Sequence record: MK250019.1
Length of the DNA: 64,000 nt
Strand: one strand, 5' to 3'
Shown: positions 1 through 13,600 of the stretch, one piece after another
Numbering within the stretch: the first letter of the stretch is position 1
How the letters are laid out: the number at the start of each line of letters is the position of its first letter
Made by a program: the position numbers and the translations under genes
Notes under the pieces: model-generated
The model's database searches: none
The model's input: the letters and a program-made list of their open reading frames with translations, nothing else
What the model was told of the DNA's origin: nothing

Positions 1-2357
1 CCACAATTCCAAAATGTCGGTACAATACATATAAGTGTTGCTAATGCAAAATATTTTTTCCAATATGGATAATCCTTAATTGTAATCGCATTTATATCAT
101 CTGGCGGTAATTGCTCATGTTTATTCATTTCATCTAATGCCCAGTTTTCATCTACTGGATATTCATCAGGTATTTCTGGAAATTCAACTTCTTCTGGAAA
201 ACTGTAATCACCTATACTTATATCATTTATTGAACTATCTAAATCTGCAGGATATATATTTTCAAATAAGTAATGTTGATAATATATGTTATCGATTGTA
301 ATATCCTAAGGAGTTGGCCACTATGCATATTCATCTAATTTATCTGCAAGATTTATTAATGAATTATAGCATTTATCATATGTACAATCTTCATATTCTT
401 TAATAACTTTATCCCAAAATGCTCTTATCTTTTTTGACTCTTCCTATACTAATTCTAAATATATATACGGTTTATCTTTATCAGTTTCTTTATAAGGATT
501 TTTCTAACTATCATATGATTTTATATATGTATACATAGTAGCTAACTATGAACATATTTCATTTGGCGCGTCAGAATCTTCATCAGAATCATATTTATAT
601 AATGACGCGATATAATCATATATCTGTTTGTATTCATTATCACCTGTATATTTTTCACCTGCATTCTAAATAGCTTCATCATCTAATTCCTAACCATATT
701 TTTCTTTATTATCAACCGTGAACTATTTAGTTATCTTTTCTTTATATGCTTTATTCTCATTCTATACATATGATGATATTAACTATTTAAATTTGTTAAA
801 TTCCTATTTAATTTTAGTTTCTGATACATTTTTTCCATTGATATTATTAAATATATGTTTAACATTATCATTGAATAAATTCATAAAATCTAACATCAAA
901 TCAGAATCTTTTCTCTATTCAACAATTACGCGTTTATTTATAATATCTGTTATAAGATTATAAAATTCCTATGAATACTTATCGGATGTTCCTGGTAATA
1001 AATTAATATTAGTTAATAAACTATAATAATAATTCTGATAACTATCAGCATCACCAATAGGTATATATGAAAAATCATCATCATATTGCTTTACATTTTT
1101 ATATACGTCTGAATCAATATGCTCATTAATAAGAAATTTACAGTCTGTATAATTTTTATCATATTTACATAATGGTAATGTATCCAATGATTTATATATT
1201 TTAATAATATCATTTACATATTTTTCACGCGCATCTAATAATCGCTTACTTTCTTTCTGTATTGCTTCATAAGGATTACTTGCTGTTTTAATTCTATTTG
1301 TTTGTCTATATGCCTTATCTTTAATTTCTCTTTTTACCTTCTTTCTTTTCCTCTTTTTCTTTGCACGTTTTCTCCATGATTTCATATCTGACTTTGTTAC
1401 ATCCTCTGCTATAATAGATGAACCGAATTCATCTTGAGACTCATTTAAATTCATCATAATAGAAGTATCAAAGATTGTTACACCAGTATTTAATTTATCA
1501 TTTACAATGTCAAATGTAAACAAAGATGTGTCATATTTTTTATTATTCTTAAATCCTTCCTTTTTATTCGCATTAATTATAGAAATATCTAAATTATCAT
1601 AACTTATATCAGATGAATCAAGATACCAACCGGAATAATATTGATAATTACCACTTATTGTATTTTTACGTGTATATGTACCTCTATATCTTCGTGCTAA
1701 TACGCAAGGTAATAAAGACTAACATAAATTATTTGTTATTAATGCATATAAATATCCTTCTTTCTGAAATTCATTATTAACTGCTGATATATCTTCAACA
1801 ACATTAAAATCTTCATTCATTCCAAGTAATGTATTTTCCAATACAATATGTCTGTTACATTTTGATGGATATAATCTGAAATAATCTTCACCATTATTTG
1901 ATGACATTACACGTCCTTTTTCAAATATTGATTTTAACGGTTTCATTTTTCCGTCTTGCTTTACAGAACCTATTATAGTATTGTTATCTATAGTATCACC
2001 AGGTTTTATATTTAATGTATATTCAACTGGTGTCGGATCTTTAACAGTTGCATCTGAAAATTCAATTATAACTCTTGTACTTGTATCTATATCAGATAAA
2101 ATATCAGGTACCTCTTCAGATGGAGTTACAATAAGTTTCCATAAATCTTTATCATTATATAAATTCTATAATACTGATAAATCAGTAGAACCAACAATAT
2201 CTTTAAAATCTGTTGTTATATCAGATTTTGCATAATCGACTGCACATAAATTTATATCATTAAGATTTATAGTCTGCTATCCTTCAATTTCATCTGTATC
2301 TATCGTTAATGCCTTTGTTATTAAGTCATCTAAATATATTTTCTCTTCTTTTGTCAT
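1..2357 (-). CDS. Large hypothetical protein (>785 aa, runs off the window edge), TAG-recoded
   Basis: Read codon by codon from ATG at 2357 (MTKEEKIYLDDL) to base 1 with no TAA/TGA, only TAG. Joins track ORFs 1719-1946 and 969-1523. ATGA overlap with the upstream gene stop. Confidence 0.8.
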
Positions 2358-5026
2358 GTGTATAAATCATAATCTTTTCCGTAACATCTTAATATCTGAC
2401 TACCATACAATGGTAATGATGAATCAGAATAATAAATTTCTGTATCTGCATCCTCAACTTTATCTAATCCTAATAAAGTACCGTCTTGATATTTTGAATC
2501 AGGATATTGAACAAATAAAGATGCATCATCAAAATAATTTCCTGCTTTATCTAAATCTTTTTTCATTGCATTTCTCTATTCTGTTATTGCATCTTGATCA
2601 ATATAAAGAATAGTTGGCAAATCCTATTTTATTATTTCATAATTAGATTTAGCATTTTTTAAATATAAATAAAGTTTTCTTGTATCAGGAATACCAATAT
2701 TAATTTCAACATTTGTACCTATACTTGTTATACTATTAGTTATATAATCATATAATTTTAAAGAACGAACTGTATAGAAATTTGTTTTTGATTTATTTGC
2801 TTTTTTAAATAATTTATTAATTGCAGCAATTACTTTTACCATACCTAATAGATTTCCCGATGAATTCGCTTCTACTTTTGCCTTATTGATTTTATAATTC
2901 CTAATTAATTTTAGTATAACTTTTAATTGTGGAAATATTTCTTTTAATATAGAAAATAATTCATGAACTAATTGAAATGTAGGTCTTTTAGTTGCTTTTG
3001 TTGGATCACCTGTATATTCTTCTTCTACAATACCTAATTCAAATTTTGATATTGCTTCTTCTGCTTCTTTTTTCTTTGCAGTTTCCTATGCAATCCTATT
3101 TGCTTCATCTATTGCATTTATTTGTTCATTTAATGTTTTATTAAAACCATCTAATTCAAAATGGATTTTGAAAGTGAATTCTAATAATTCAATAGTCTAA
3201 TCTTTTCTCATTACATAACCTTCATCTATTGCATTTATAATAGACAACACAGACGAAGAGTCAAATATTTTCGTACCATCTTTTTGATGTGCATTAGATA
3301 ACACTTTTGTTAACTGTTTCTTTGCTTTCTTTGTTGTCGGATCTGCATATATATTAAGAGTCATTGTAAACGTATTTAAATCATTCGTAAAGTCATATAA
3401 ATGTTCTGCCTTTATTTCTGTACTAACTGTAGTATTTGACACAACGTCAGCTGCTATATGGAGTCCTGATGAGATTGCTTGAGCTTCTATCTGATTCTAT
3501 AAACTTGTTAAATTACCTGAGAATTGATTAATTCCATCTTGAATTGCTTTTTCTAATGAAATAACTGCTCCATCAGAATCAAGTCCCATTTCAACAAGCA
3601 TATCCATAAAATCTTCAAACGAATCTATACCATCACTTAAAACATCTAAATCAACATTATTAAATTGACTTATTAACATCTTAATTTCATCTATTGAATC
3701 TTTTATTTGTATTATAATAAAGGAATTATATATTAAATCAGATGCGCGCGATAATTCATCCATTAGTGATTGTTTTATAATATCTGGATCAACATCCACA
3801 TTTATTTTTGATGATACAGTACCACCAGAAGAATGCTGAATACCTGTTTCTTTTTCTTGCTCTTCTTGTTCTTTCTTTCTACGTTTTTGTTCTTTACGCG
3901 CTTCTTTCCATGCTTTATACTTATGAATATAATCTGAACACATATAATATAATTCTGGTAATGTATATCCTGTATATTTAATACATTGTTCATTTATCAT
4001 TACCCATATAGTATTCATCAAAAGTTCCTATGCATCTTTTAACACTTCTTGCATTGAAGGTAAATTTGTAATTGCATCATTTATTGTTTCATAATATTCA
4101 TTTTCTAAGTCATTATAAATTGCTATATACATATCTTTCAATGATGTACAAATACTACCTATTGCTACTTTTGCACTTGGTAACATCTGAATATTCTTTG
4201 GAAACATTTTAATAATACCAGTGATATTAAATAATGTAGAATCCATAAGATTGAGAATAGACTATGCCATACCTAATGTTTCCTAATTAATACCTAAGTT
4301 ATTCATTAAATTACTAGTACCTCCTGCAATTAAAGACTATATAGTAACTTCAAGATATTGTGTTACTGCATCAGTAATTGCGCCAGATATTGCCATACCT
4401 GGCGCCTAGTTTATGTCAAGGTTATCAAGATCGACCTATTCTGCTTCTTCTACATTGCCAAATTCATCAACTTTTGTTATAGCTTTCTTTTCACCATATT
4501 TAGTTAAATCATTGTAAAAATTTGTATATGCTTTAATTAATTTCGGATGAGTCTATGTAATTTTTTTATATTTAGAAAATTCTGTATTTAAGTCATTTAA
4601 CTATTCTTTATAATTCTTTACAATTTGTTTAAGATTAGTTGTTAGAGCTGAATGTGGATCTTGTTTTTTTGCTTCTTCATATTGATCTTGATATTCTGTT
4701 AATTCACTGTTTACTTTATTAATTTCAGTTTGTAATGCGTTAACCCATGATTCTGCATCTTTTAATTCAGTTTTATAATATTCTATTCTTAATTTTGCAG
4801 TTTCTACTTTCTTCGCATATGGAAGTGTGTCATCAAACTGAACAATACCTACATCAATGATACCATAATCATATGCATTAATATCAACCATTTCAACGGT
4901 TGTCTTATGTTGACCTTTTTTCATATCTTCGGTCTCAACTGTACCTGCAGACATTTTTTTATTTGAAAAGAAATCATAAGAATTACCAGGTGAATTTGTT
5001 AAATCTATATCTAATATTGTTGCCAT
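2354..5026 (-). CDS. Large hypothetical protein (~890 aa), TAG-recoded, with coiled-coil segments
   Basis: One frame from ATG 5026 (MATILDIDL) to TGA 2354 once TAG is read through. Joins six track ORFs (4601, 4028, 3497, 3197, 2624, 2354). Confidence 0.8.
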
Positions 5027-5028
5027 AA

Positions 5029-5691
5029 TTAAAATACCTTTTCTTTTTGCATCATTGTTTTTAATGCCCAATACGAATCTACAAGATCATCAATACCTGC
5101 TATATAATTTGTTTTTGCTTTCATATAACCATTTGCAAGACAAAGACGAAGTTTTATATCATTATTCTACGCGATGTATTTTTTTATCATCTTTGTTTTA
5201 TCTGCGCGATCTTCTTTTGATGAACAACCTGCAGTTGCTTTGAGTGTGATAGGAGAATATGTATAAAGTCTTGTCAGATGATCACCATAATGTTCATATA
5301 TTTTTGATAATAATACTCCTTTATATGTCGCGAGATTAAGTGTAGCATCACCTTTTGATGCATATGATAATCCTTCTGAACATACATATAATTCATAATC
5401 TGTTAATTCGAATTTATTTGTTATTAAATCATCAATATCATTTATAATTAAATTTGCTAAATCAGTAGACCTGATAGTATGAATAAGAACTAACTGTGAA
5501 TTCTCTACTGTTTTTGTATCAACTGACGACATATTTCTATTAACTATTGAAACATCAGCATCTTCATACATTTTCTATTGTTTATTAGTTATTTTCAAAG
5601 GCCAAAAATAATGATAATACTAACCTCTGAAATATATTGTAGCTGCTGGTTTATTCATTGAAAAATCAAATCCTATTAAAACTTTATCCAT
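5029..5691 (-). CDS. ruvC: RuvC-like Holliday junction resolvase / RNase H-fold nuclease
   Basis: With TAG=Gln: MDKVLIGFDFSMNKPA...SEGLSYASKG...YSPITLKATAG...GIDDLVDSYWAL. The acidic D/E/D motifs match the RuvC pattern. Ends at TAA 5029. Confidence 0.7.
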
Positions 5692-5846
5692 TTAAATTAA
5701 AAATACTTTTTTGTTATTTATTATTTGTATATGACATACCATATATTATACAAAAAATTGTTAATTATGTTTTTATAAAATGGTTATGTATGATAACATA
5801 CCGTATTCCATTGAGGCGTATAGATACTGAAAATAAGAATTAAAAC

Positions 5847-6701
5847 ATGGCAACAAAATATAATAAATATCGCCAACAAACATTTAATATTTCCACAACA
5901 ATGACAAGCGCAACTTTTTTATTAACATATTATCCAAATTATAATTTTTCATTAACTGATGATGAAAAATTATATTATCGTGTATTTTTTGGTTTAAATG
6001 ATAAAGAAGATAATACATATAATGGAAAACTTACATTTGTTCCAAACTCTTCTGAATTTATGGTAACAGAAAGTTCAAAAAAAATAGATAATATAAAAAT
6101 AAATCTAGCGAATGTTGATAATACAAAAACAGCAGCAGAAATTTATATTACATATTCGTTTAATAATTTAACCGATTTTTTAGGAAAAACTTATTCTATA
6201 AAATATAATAATAATTCTTTTTTATATTTAAATTTTTTGATGTATAAAATATTAGTTTTTTCTAATCAGAAAACACCTTCAACTGGTTATCATGAAAATA
6301 TATTCTTTGTCTTCGCACTAAACAATGTATAGTTACCACATTCTATTCCAACTGAACAAATATCAAATAAAATTTCTGATGATAATGATATTTTACTTTT
6401 TTGTGATTATTTTCAAGGATATTTTTATTATAATGCATAGGGATATTTATATAACTAGCAAGATGATGAAAATTAGTTAATATACAAAAATTATACAGAT
6501 TTTATGCCCACTGGCGAATTTAATTATGAATTAATGCCTAAACACTGTTTTGCATATAATGGTATAAATTATACTGTTACAGACTTATTTCCACAATATC
6601 ATTTTTATGTTTATACATATTCTAAAAATGAATCTTCATTTTTTTGTGAAATAAATTTTGATAATATTTCTAATAAAGGAGAATATTATTTATTCAAATG
6701 A
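5847..6701 (+). CDS. Hypothetical protein (284 aa), TAG-recoded
   Basis: Track ORFs 5847-6332 and 6504-6701 are in one frame, separated only by TAG codons. Confidence 0.8.
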
Positions 6702-6748
6702 TAATATCATATTTTCATGAATAAATAAGTTAAATGAAAATAATTTGA

Positions 6749-7966
6749 ATGTAGACAGCTTAGGTTAGACAACAATATACAAGAGATGGTAAGCCTGTTT
6801 CTTTGGCGACTTGTATAGAAACTCTATATTTTGAATAGACATATAATGGTTAGGTTTATCGTACATCTCTTAATAACAGATTATTAGTAGTAGGAAATAA
6901 GTTAAATTCAGTTTCAAAAACAAATATCTCGGAATCATTAAATAAGGCATAGTTACCTTTCTATTATATAACAAAGATTGAATCTGATACTGCATCAGGT
7001 TTATACAGACTCGATGTTTCTCTTTATGCGATAGATACTGCAGTTCGCGCGACAGAAGTAATTGATGAAATTAAAACAACAATAGATAATAATTTAAATA
7101 CTCTTAATACTTCAATTAATAATGTAAATGCAAAAATTGACAGTTTTCAAAGATATAATGCATCTACATATCTTCCGTTAACAGGTGGAAGAATGTCTGG
7201 AGGTATCGTATTCGGAATGAAAGGTGGTGAAGAAAAGATTCAAGAACTTCCTGGTATTGGTTATAATGGTTAGAATCTCGTATTATCATGCCCTGATTCT
7301 GGATATATTTCATTTTGGGGTTCACTTTCAAATGAATATGGTGCAAATACACCAGGTATTACATGGTTAAAACCAACTATTACAGAAAATGGTAAAGTTC
7401 CTGTATTTAATTATGCAAATAATCAGTTAATGTGGAAAACATATAATGCCGGTTCACTTTCATATACAACTGCTGATTATAAGAAATATTATATTCTCGG
7501 TATTACAGAAGATTCATATAATGGACGTGATATTGGTGAAACAAAATATATTGCAGATGATGGTAATATTGAAACAAATGTTTATGTATCAAGAAAGAAT
7601 GTATATGCAAATGCGTTTTATGCATCATCTGATATTGAATTGAAAACAGACGTTAAGCATATTGATGCATCTACATATATTCCTGATGTTATTCAATTCC
7701 GATGGCTTGATACTTCTGAACTTTCTTATGGATTTATTGCACAGGATCTAGAAGAACACGGGCTTTCTTATTTAATGGATAAAGATGATCTTAAACATTG
7801 GCGTGTTAACTATTCTGCTGCTATTTCATTAGTTGTCGGAGATCTGTAGAAATCAAAGAAAGATCATGAATAGAGAATTTCAGATTTAGAGACAGAAAAT
7901 AAGAATTTAAAGAAAACATTAGAAAAACTTGAAAAAAGACTAGAAAAATTAGAAAAAAGTAAGTAA
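6749..7966 (+). CDS. Tail fibre protein with C-terminal intramolecular chaperone (Peptidase S74) domain
   Basis: ATG TAG ACA start after an in-frame TGA. Has the YLPLTGG fibre motif and YASSDIELKTDV...YGFIAQDL...VNY followed by a coiled coil. Ends at TAA 7964-7966. Confidence 0.85.
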
Positions 7967-7968
7967 AA

Positions 7969-9885
7969 ATGGCATCAATTTATGATTTAAAAATATTCAA
8001 GCTAAACCGCCTTAAGTATGAGGAATTATGGAATGATGCTATTGCATGGGTGAAAAAAACATACAATGTATCTGAACAACAATTTACAATGGCTTCACCT
8101 TTTGCATAGTTACTTTCTGTAATTTTACATCTCGGACGAATGATTTTCTATTACATAGAAGATTCAATAACAGGTTTAAATATAAAAACAGCATATAGAC
8201 CTGATCAAATCAGAGGTTTAGCAAGATTAACAGGACATAATGCAGGTAGAGCAATTGCTGCTCGCGGTGCAGTTAAAATTGTTTATTATGATACTGGTAA
8301 TCAAGATTTAAATGGTAATGTATGTTTCATACCAAATAGAACAAAATTATTATGCGCGATTAATGGTGCAACATATACTGTACTATTTGGTGCTGATACT
8401 GCATAGATAACAATGACTGCTGGTAATTATATAACAGCAACAATTATACAAGGCACAGTAAAATATCAGGCTGCAACATCAACAGGTAATAAATGGCAAT
8501 CATATAATTTTACTGAAAGAAATTATGCAGATATAGATGAGTATTTTATAAATGTATATGTAAATGGTGAATTATGGGATAGAATAGAATCATTTATAGA
8601 TGCTGGTTTTGATTAGAAAGCTTGTGTTGTTAAAACAGGTATAAACGGAGGTATTGACGTTACATTTGGTGACGGTAAAATGGGTATGATTCCAGTTGAA
8701 GGCGCAACTATTTATGTTGAATATATTGTTACTGATGGTGTAACCGGTAATCTTCCAAAACAGATATTAGATTAGGATTAGTATTTTGAAATACAAGGAA
8801 CAGGTTATGCAACAGATGGTTCTGAAATTTCACTTGCTGATAATTTTAAAGTTCAATGTGATACAGATGTAATATTTGGTTCTGAGTCAGAAGATATTCG
8901 ACTTACATAGTTAATTGCACCGCATACATCCAGATCATTTGTTCTCGCGAATGAAATTAATTACAGATATTTCTTTAAGAGAATGAATATGTTTTCTACA
9001 ATAGAAATTATAAAAGGATATACATAGAAGCAAGCTAATTATATGGCATAGCTTAATTATGATGTATATAATACAATGTATAAGAATACATTCAGCGACT
9101 GGCAAGATGCTGTTTCTGTATATGGAGAACAATCAGATGAAGCAAAAGAGTTATATAATAATTTACAGGATATATTAAGTAAACGTAATTTTGCACAATA
9201 GCAAATAGAAGATACAGATCTTGCAGATAATACCGTATATCTTTTATTAATTCCTGATTTAACAAAGCGTATTTCATCATCATCTAATTATTTTACTGTT
9301 GATGAATCTGTATTTACATTATCTACAGATGAACAGAATAATATTATTAATTTAATTGATAATTCAGGTTAGAAAATAATTACAGTAGAAAATAAAATAC
9401 TTGAACCAAAAACACCAAGATTTGCAGTTAATACATAGGTAAAAATATGGGAAGGCTATAATTTATAGAGTATATATTCTGCATGTTTAAATGCGTTATC
9501 TAATTACCTTATAAAGTTTACGCGCAAAGATATTATTCCGTTATCTGATATTACTGCATTATTTGAAGCAATAGATGGTATCGATTCAGTAAAAGTATGG
9601 TTTGATGCAGACGTTGAAAATGAAAATATATATTGTGAAAGAGGTTTTTATGGTATTGATTCTTATGGTGATATTATTTTAACAAGAACATATCAAGATT
9701 ATAATGGGAATTCAAAGGATGTTAGAGATATATTACCTTTGATACGCGGTGGATTTACTTCACCTGATGGTGTTGAATATTCGGATACACAATCATTAGA
9801 TTCATTATCAGCATTTAATATGCAGTTAATAGGTTATACACAAAATAATAAATTAACATTAGAAAACTTTAAGACAATAACATAA
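7969..9885 (+). CDS. gp6: Baseplate wedge subunit, T4 gp6-like (638 aa)
   Basis: Continuous with TAG=Gln. N-terminal SPFAQLLSVILHLGRMIFYYIEDSITGLNIKTA and central VTFGDGKMG...IYVEYIVTDGVTGN match gp6/baseplate-J patterns. Adjacent to gp25. Confidence 0.8.
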
Positions 9886-9890
9886 TAATT

Positions 9891-10265
9891 ATGATTAGAG
9901 AATTATATTGTAAATTACCGACGGATCTTGATTACGAACCAAAGGTTGAGTCTACTGATGAAATATTTAATCTATTACAATAGATAAGAGTTGTTCTTGG
10001 CACAAAACCTGGAGAAGTTTTAGGAACACCAATGTTCGGTTGTAATCTTGAAAAATACTTATTTAGAATGAATCTAGATAAAGATGAAATTCTTACAGCG
10101 ATAAGATAGGAAATATTAGATTATGTATATTATGATTCTAATAAATGGAATTTATCTATAGATGTTTTATTCGGAAAAAATGCGAATGATCCATATGAAT
10201 ATGCATTAATAGATATTAGTATAAATGAAAAGAAATGTTTAGGTATTATTGTAAATCAGCAATAA
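9891..10265 (+). CDS. gp25: Baseplate wedge / sheath initiator, gp25-like
   Basis: LGTKPGEVLGTPMFGCNLEKYLF motif of the GPW/gp25 family. Two in-frame TAG; absent from the ORF track. Confidence 0.85.
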
Positions 10266-10280
10266 TACATTATAAATAAT

Positions 10281-10316
10281 AAAAGAGGATAATTCAGAAA
10301 TGAGTTATCCTCTTTT
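10281..10316. terminator. Intrinsic terminator hairpin
   Basis: AAAAGAGGATAA...TTATCCTCTTTT inverted repeat after gp25. Confidence 0.65.
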
Positions 10317-10359
10317 TCTATAATAAATATCTAAAATAAAAGGAATATTTAGAAGAACT

Positions 10360-10614
10360 ATGCCAAGATTTAAATATATTAATTCATTTACAGAGAAAGA
10401 AGATCATATATATGATGATTATAAAAACTTAGGTTATAACTATAAACATCATATATTAAAGAATGTTATATCACCTGAATTATTTGCGAATCCTATGAAT
10501 GATGTTATTTTCAGACAAATAGAAAAATTATTTGAATTCCTTATAGATTCTGTTAAGCAAATAAAATTGGCATACGCATATACATATCCTAAAAATGCAA
10601 CAAATTTAAATTGA
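10360..10614 (+). CDS. Small hypothetical protein in the baseplate cluster
   Basis: 84-aa ORF ending in TGA, directly upstream of the gp7-like gene. Confidence 0.7.
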   Translation: MPRFKYINSFTEKEDHIYDDYKNLGYNYKHHILKNVISPELFANPMNDVIFRQIEKLFEFLIDSVKQIKLAYAYTYPKNATNLN

Positions 10615-10624
10615 TAATTGAAAA

Positions 10625-13600
10625 ATGAGTAATATAGATCAAAGAGATAAATTAGTTTTTTATACAGAAAAAGGATATGAAATTCCCGTTGAAAAAACAT
10701 ATAGTATTCAATGGGAAATAATACCACATGTAAAGTTAAAATCATATTTTCTTCATAATCCAAAAGGTCATTTCATGTATGATATTGATGATACAGATCA
10801 TATATTAACTGTTGAATTTGATAATAAAGGTTTATTTAATTATGTTGATAATATAAAAGTTAATACTGGTATTATAAATAATGAAACAGGAAATTCTGTA
10901 GAATTTGCCATTAATAATATTACTGAATTAATATTGTTTAATAAAGAATATACATATAAAAAATCAAAAGGAACAATATTTAATAGAAATGAAAAACGTT
11001 GGGAGGAAGATTTTGATGTTCTTAAGGGAAATATTTATAATACAGTAAGATTAACATTTAATACATTGGTTGGTTCAATTACATAGGATTATCCTGTAAA
11101 TTATATATTCGAAACATGTACAGTAGAAAATAATAATAATTATAAAAATTTAACTAATTTAACACTTACATTATTAGATAATAATAAAGAAGCGCTAGGT
11201 TAGAAAACATTTGTTAATTATCTTATTGTAAATAATTTTAATAATTATGAAGATTTATTTCCATGTGTAAGGTATATAGGTTCAATTACATAGGATAAAG
11301 TTTCTACAGAATTCGTTGCTGCCAGCACATTTATAATATTAGATGAAAATGGTGATAGACCTAATTTTAATATTGCAACAGATGAATATTATTTAAAATT
11401 TGAATTTCAGAAAGATTCTGAAATGAAATTTATTTCATCTGATAGTGTTGCTAATATTATTTGGGAAGACTCACATGAAGTTAAGTCAAATATAACATAG
11501 GACGCACATAATCCGTTTAATAACGATACTAATACGCCAATATATTTTTCTGTTGGTTTCTAGACAGTAGTTGAAGGATGTTATCAAAATATAATGGCAA
11601 TGTATATTGTAAGTAATAATACAGGCAAGAAATATATATTAGGTTTATTTACATTCTTAACTGAAGTAGTTGGTGAAGACGAAAGATATAGAGCTTTATT
11701 AGGAAATCTAGGTATACCAGATCCTGTAAAATATCCAAATATATTTAAATCATAGGATCCTGATGAACAAGGAGTTGATTGGACATTAATTAATGATAAG
11801 TCAAAAGAACTTATGATTAATTATGATAATATATTCCCATATGTTGGAACCTATAAAGCATTAATGGGAGCTATTAAATTCTTAGGATACGGTGATTTAA
11901 TATTTAAAGAATGGTATAAAATAAAAGATTAGAATAATAAAGACAGATATGTAACTTTATAGACATATGATTTATAGAAAGGTGAATCTTTAAATACAAA
12001 GTTAAAGAAAATAGGTGTTACATACGGTGAATTCGAACGTTATAAAAAAATAAACAGATTATCAATGATATATCATCTTAATGAAATAGATGATGAAACA
12101 GGCGAATATCTTGATATGTATACACGTCGTCTCGATAATCCAGCAAAAGATAATCCTACAACTGCACCAGAATCTGGTTTATATAAAGCATCATATAAAG
12201 ATACGCATCATTAGGATTTATCAGATAACTTTACATAGAAACAATCTGTATTTTTCTAGTTACCTATAACAAAAACTATTTATGAATATAGAACAGATGA
12301 AATATTGGCAAAACTCTTTTCTGTTAAATAGTGGTTGGAAAAATATATTTTAGGAGTTAACTGTTTTATATCAGATATATGTGGAGAAGGTATAATAGTA
12401 GAACGTTTAAAAAATCAAGCTTATGTTACATAGCATCATCTTTAGGATATTACTACAATATCTAAAGTAACACCAAAGATTATAAAATATAATCCAAATA
12501 TATATGTTTCAATTGATTCATCAAATAATGAAATTCATACAGATACTATATTGAATTCTTCTCATTTAAATTCATCAATAGATGATGAATGCATCAATGA
12601 TATTTTATTTAGAAATTCAACAGCAATATTAAGATGTTCATTAAATGAATTTGATTCTTTAACAATTGGTGATTATGATGATTTCGAAATAGAAGATTTT
12701 ATTATAGATACATCAACACCAAATGGTAGCATAGGAACTGTTTATATTTCCGCACCATTGGAAACATTAGTAACTGTAAATGAATATCAATTTCAGTTAA
12801 CAAATAAAAATGTATCTTCTGGAACACTTGCAGAATTTACAGATACAAGTTATATAAACAATCCTATTCTTATATAGGATAATGAAATCTTATTTTATGA
12901 TGATACAAAGAATTTCACAAAAATTGATAATAAAGAATTGCCTATTATAGAAATAACGCAAGGTAATTTAAGATACTGTCATGGTGATTGGAAATCTAAT
13001 ATCGCTTATTCTATAAATGTTGTTTCTGATTAGAAATCAGGAAAAGAATATTATGCATTATATGAAACAGAAACAGATGAACCTGTTTATAAAGATTTTC
13101 AGAAAGTTATTTTATACCCAATGGAATCAGAAAGACATTATGATAAGTATAAATTATATTGGGCATAGAGAACTGATAAGAAAATAAGTTCAAAACACTA
13201 TAATGGATTAAATTCTGAATTTATATATACATCTTAGAATAAGTGGAATGTACCTCAGATTATTATTCGTAATTATAAATGTGGTAATAATGATGAATTA
13301 CTTCCAGGCGATTATATTCTTGAAATTATAGAAGGACGTATATTATTCAGAAATAAACAATCTGATTTAAATATCAATAATGGTAAAGCATATGGATGTG
13401 AATTAGAATTCGGTGAAGAATTAGAAAGTAGTGAACAACCTATTAATGTAAATTATACATATATGTCTGATAGAGTTCCTATATATACTATAGATTCTTT
13501 AAATGATGTTTCAACATAGGAAGGTATAGAAAAATGTGTACATACAAACAAATATGTGGATGTTTCTGTAAATAGATTAGGTAATTATACAGTATCAGTA

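Noticed and set aside
718-2613. Plus-strand track ORFs 718-963, 1981-2235 and 2356-2613
   Set aside because: Antisense shadows of the long recoded minus-strand genes.
10271-10278. T4-type late promoter TATAAATA
   Set aside because: The motif is too likely by chance in such AT-rich DNA to support from one or two occurrences.
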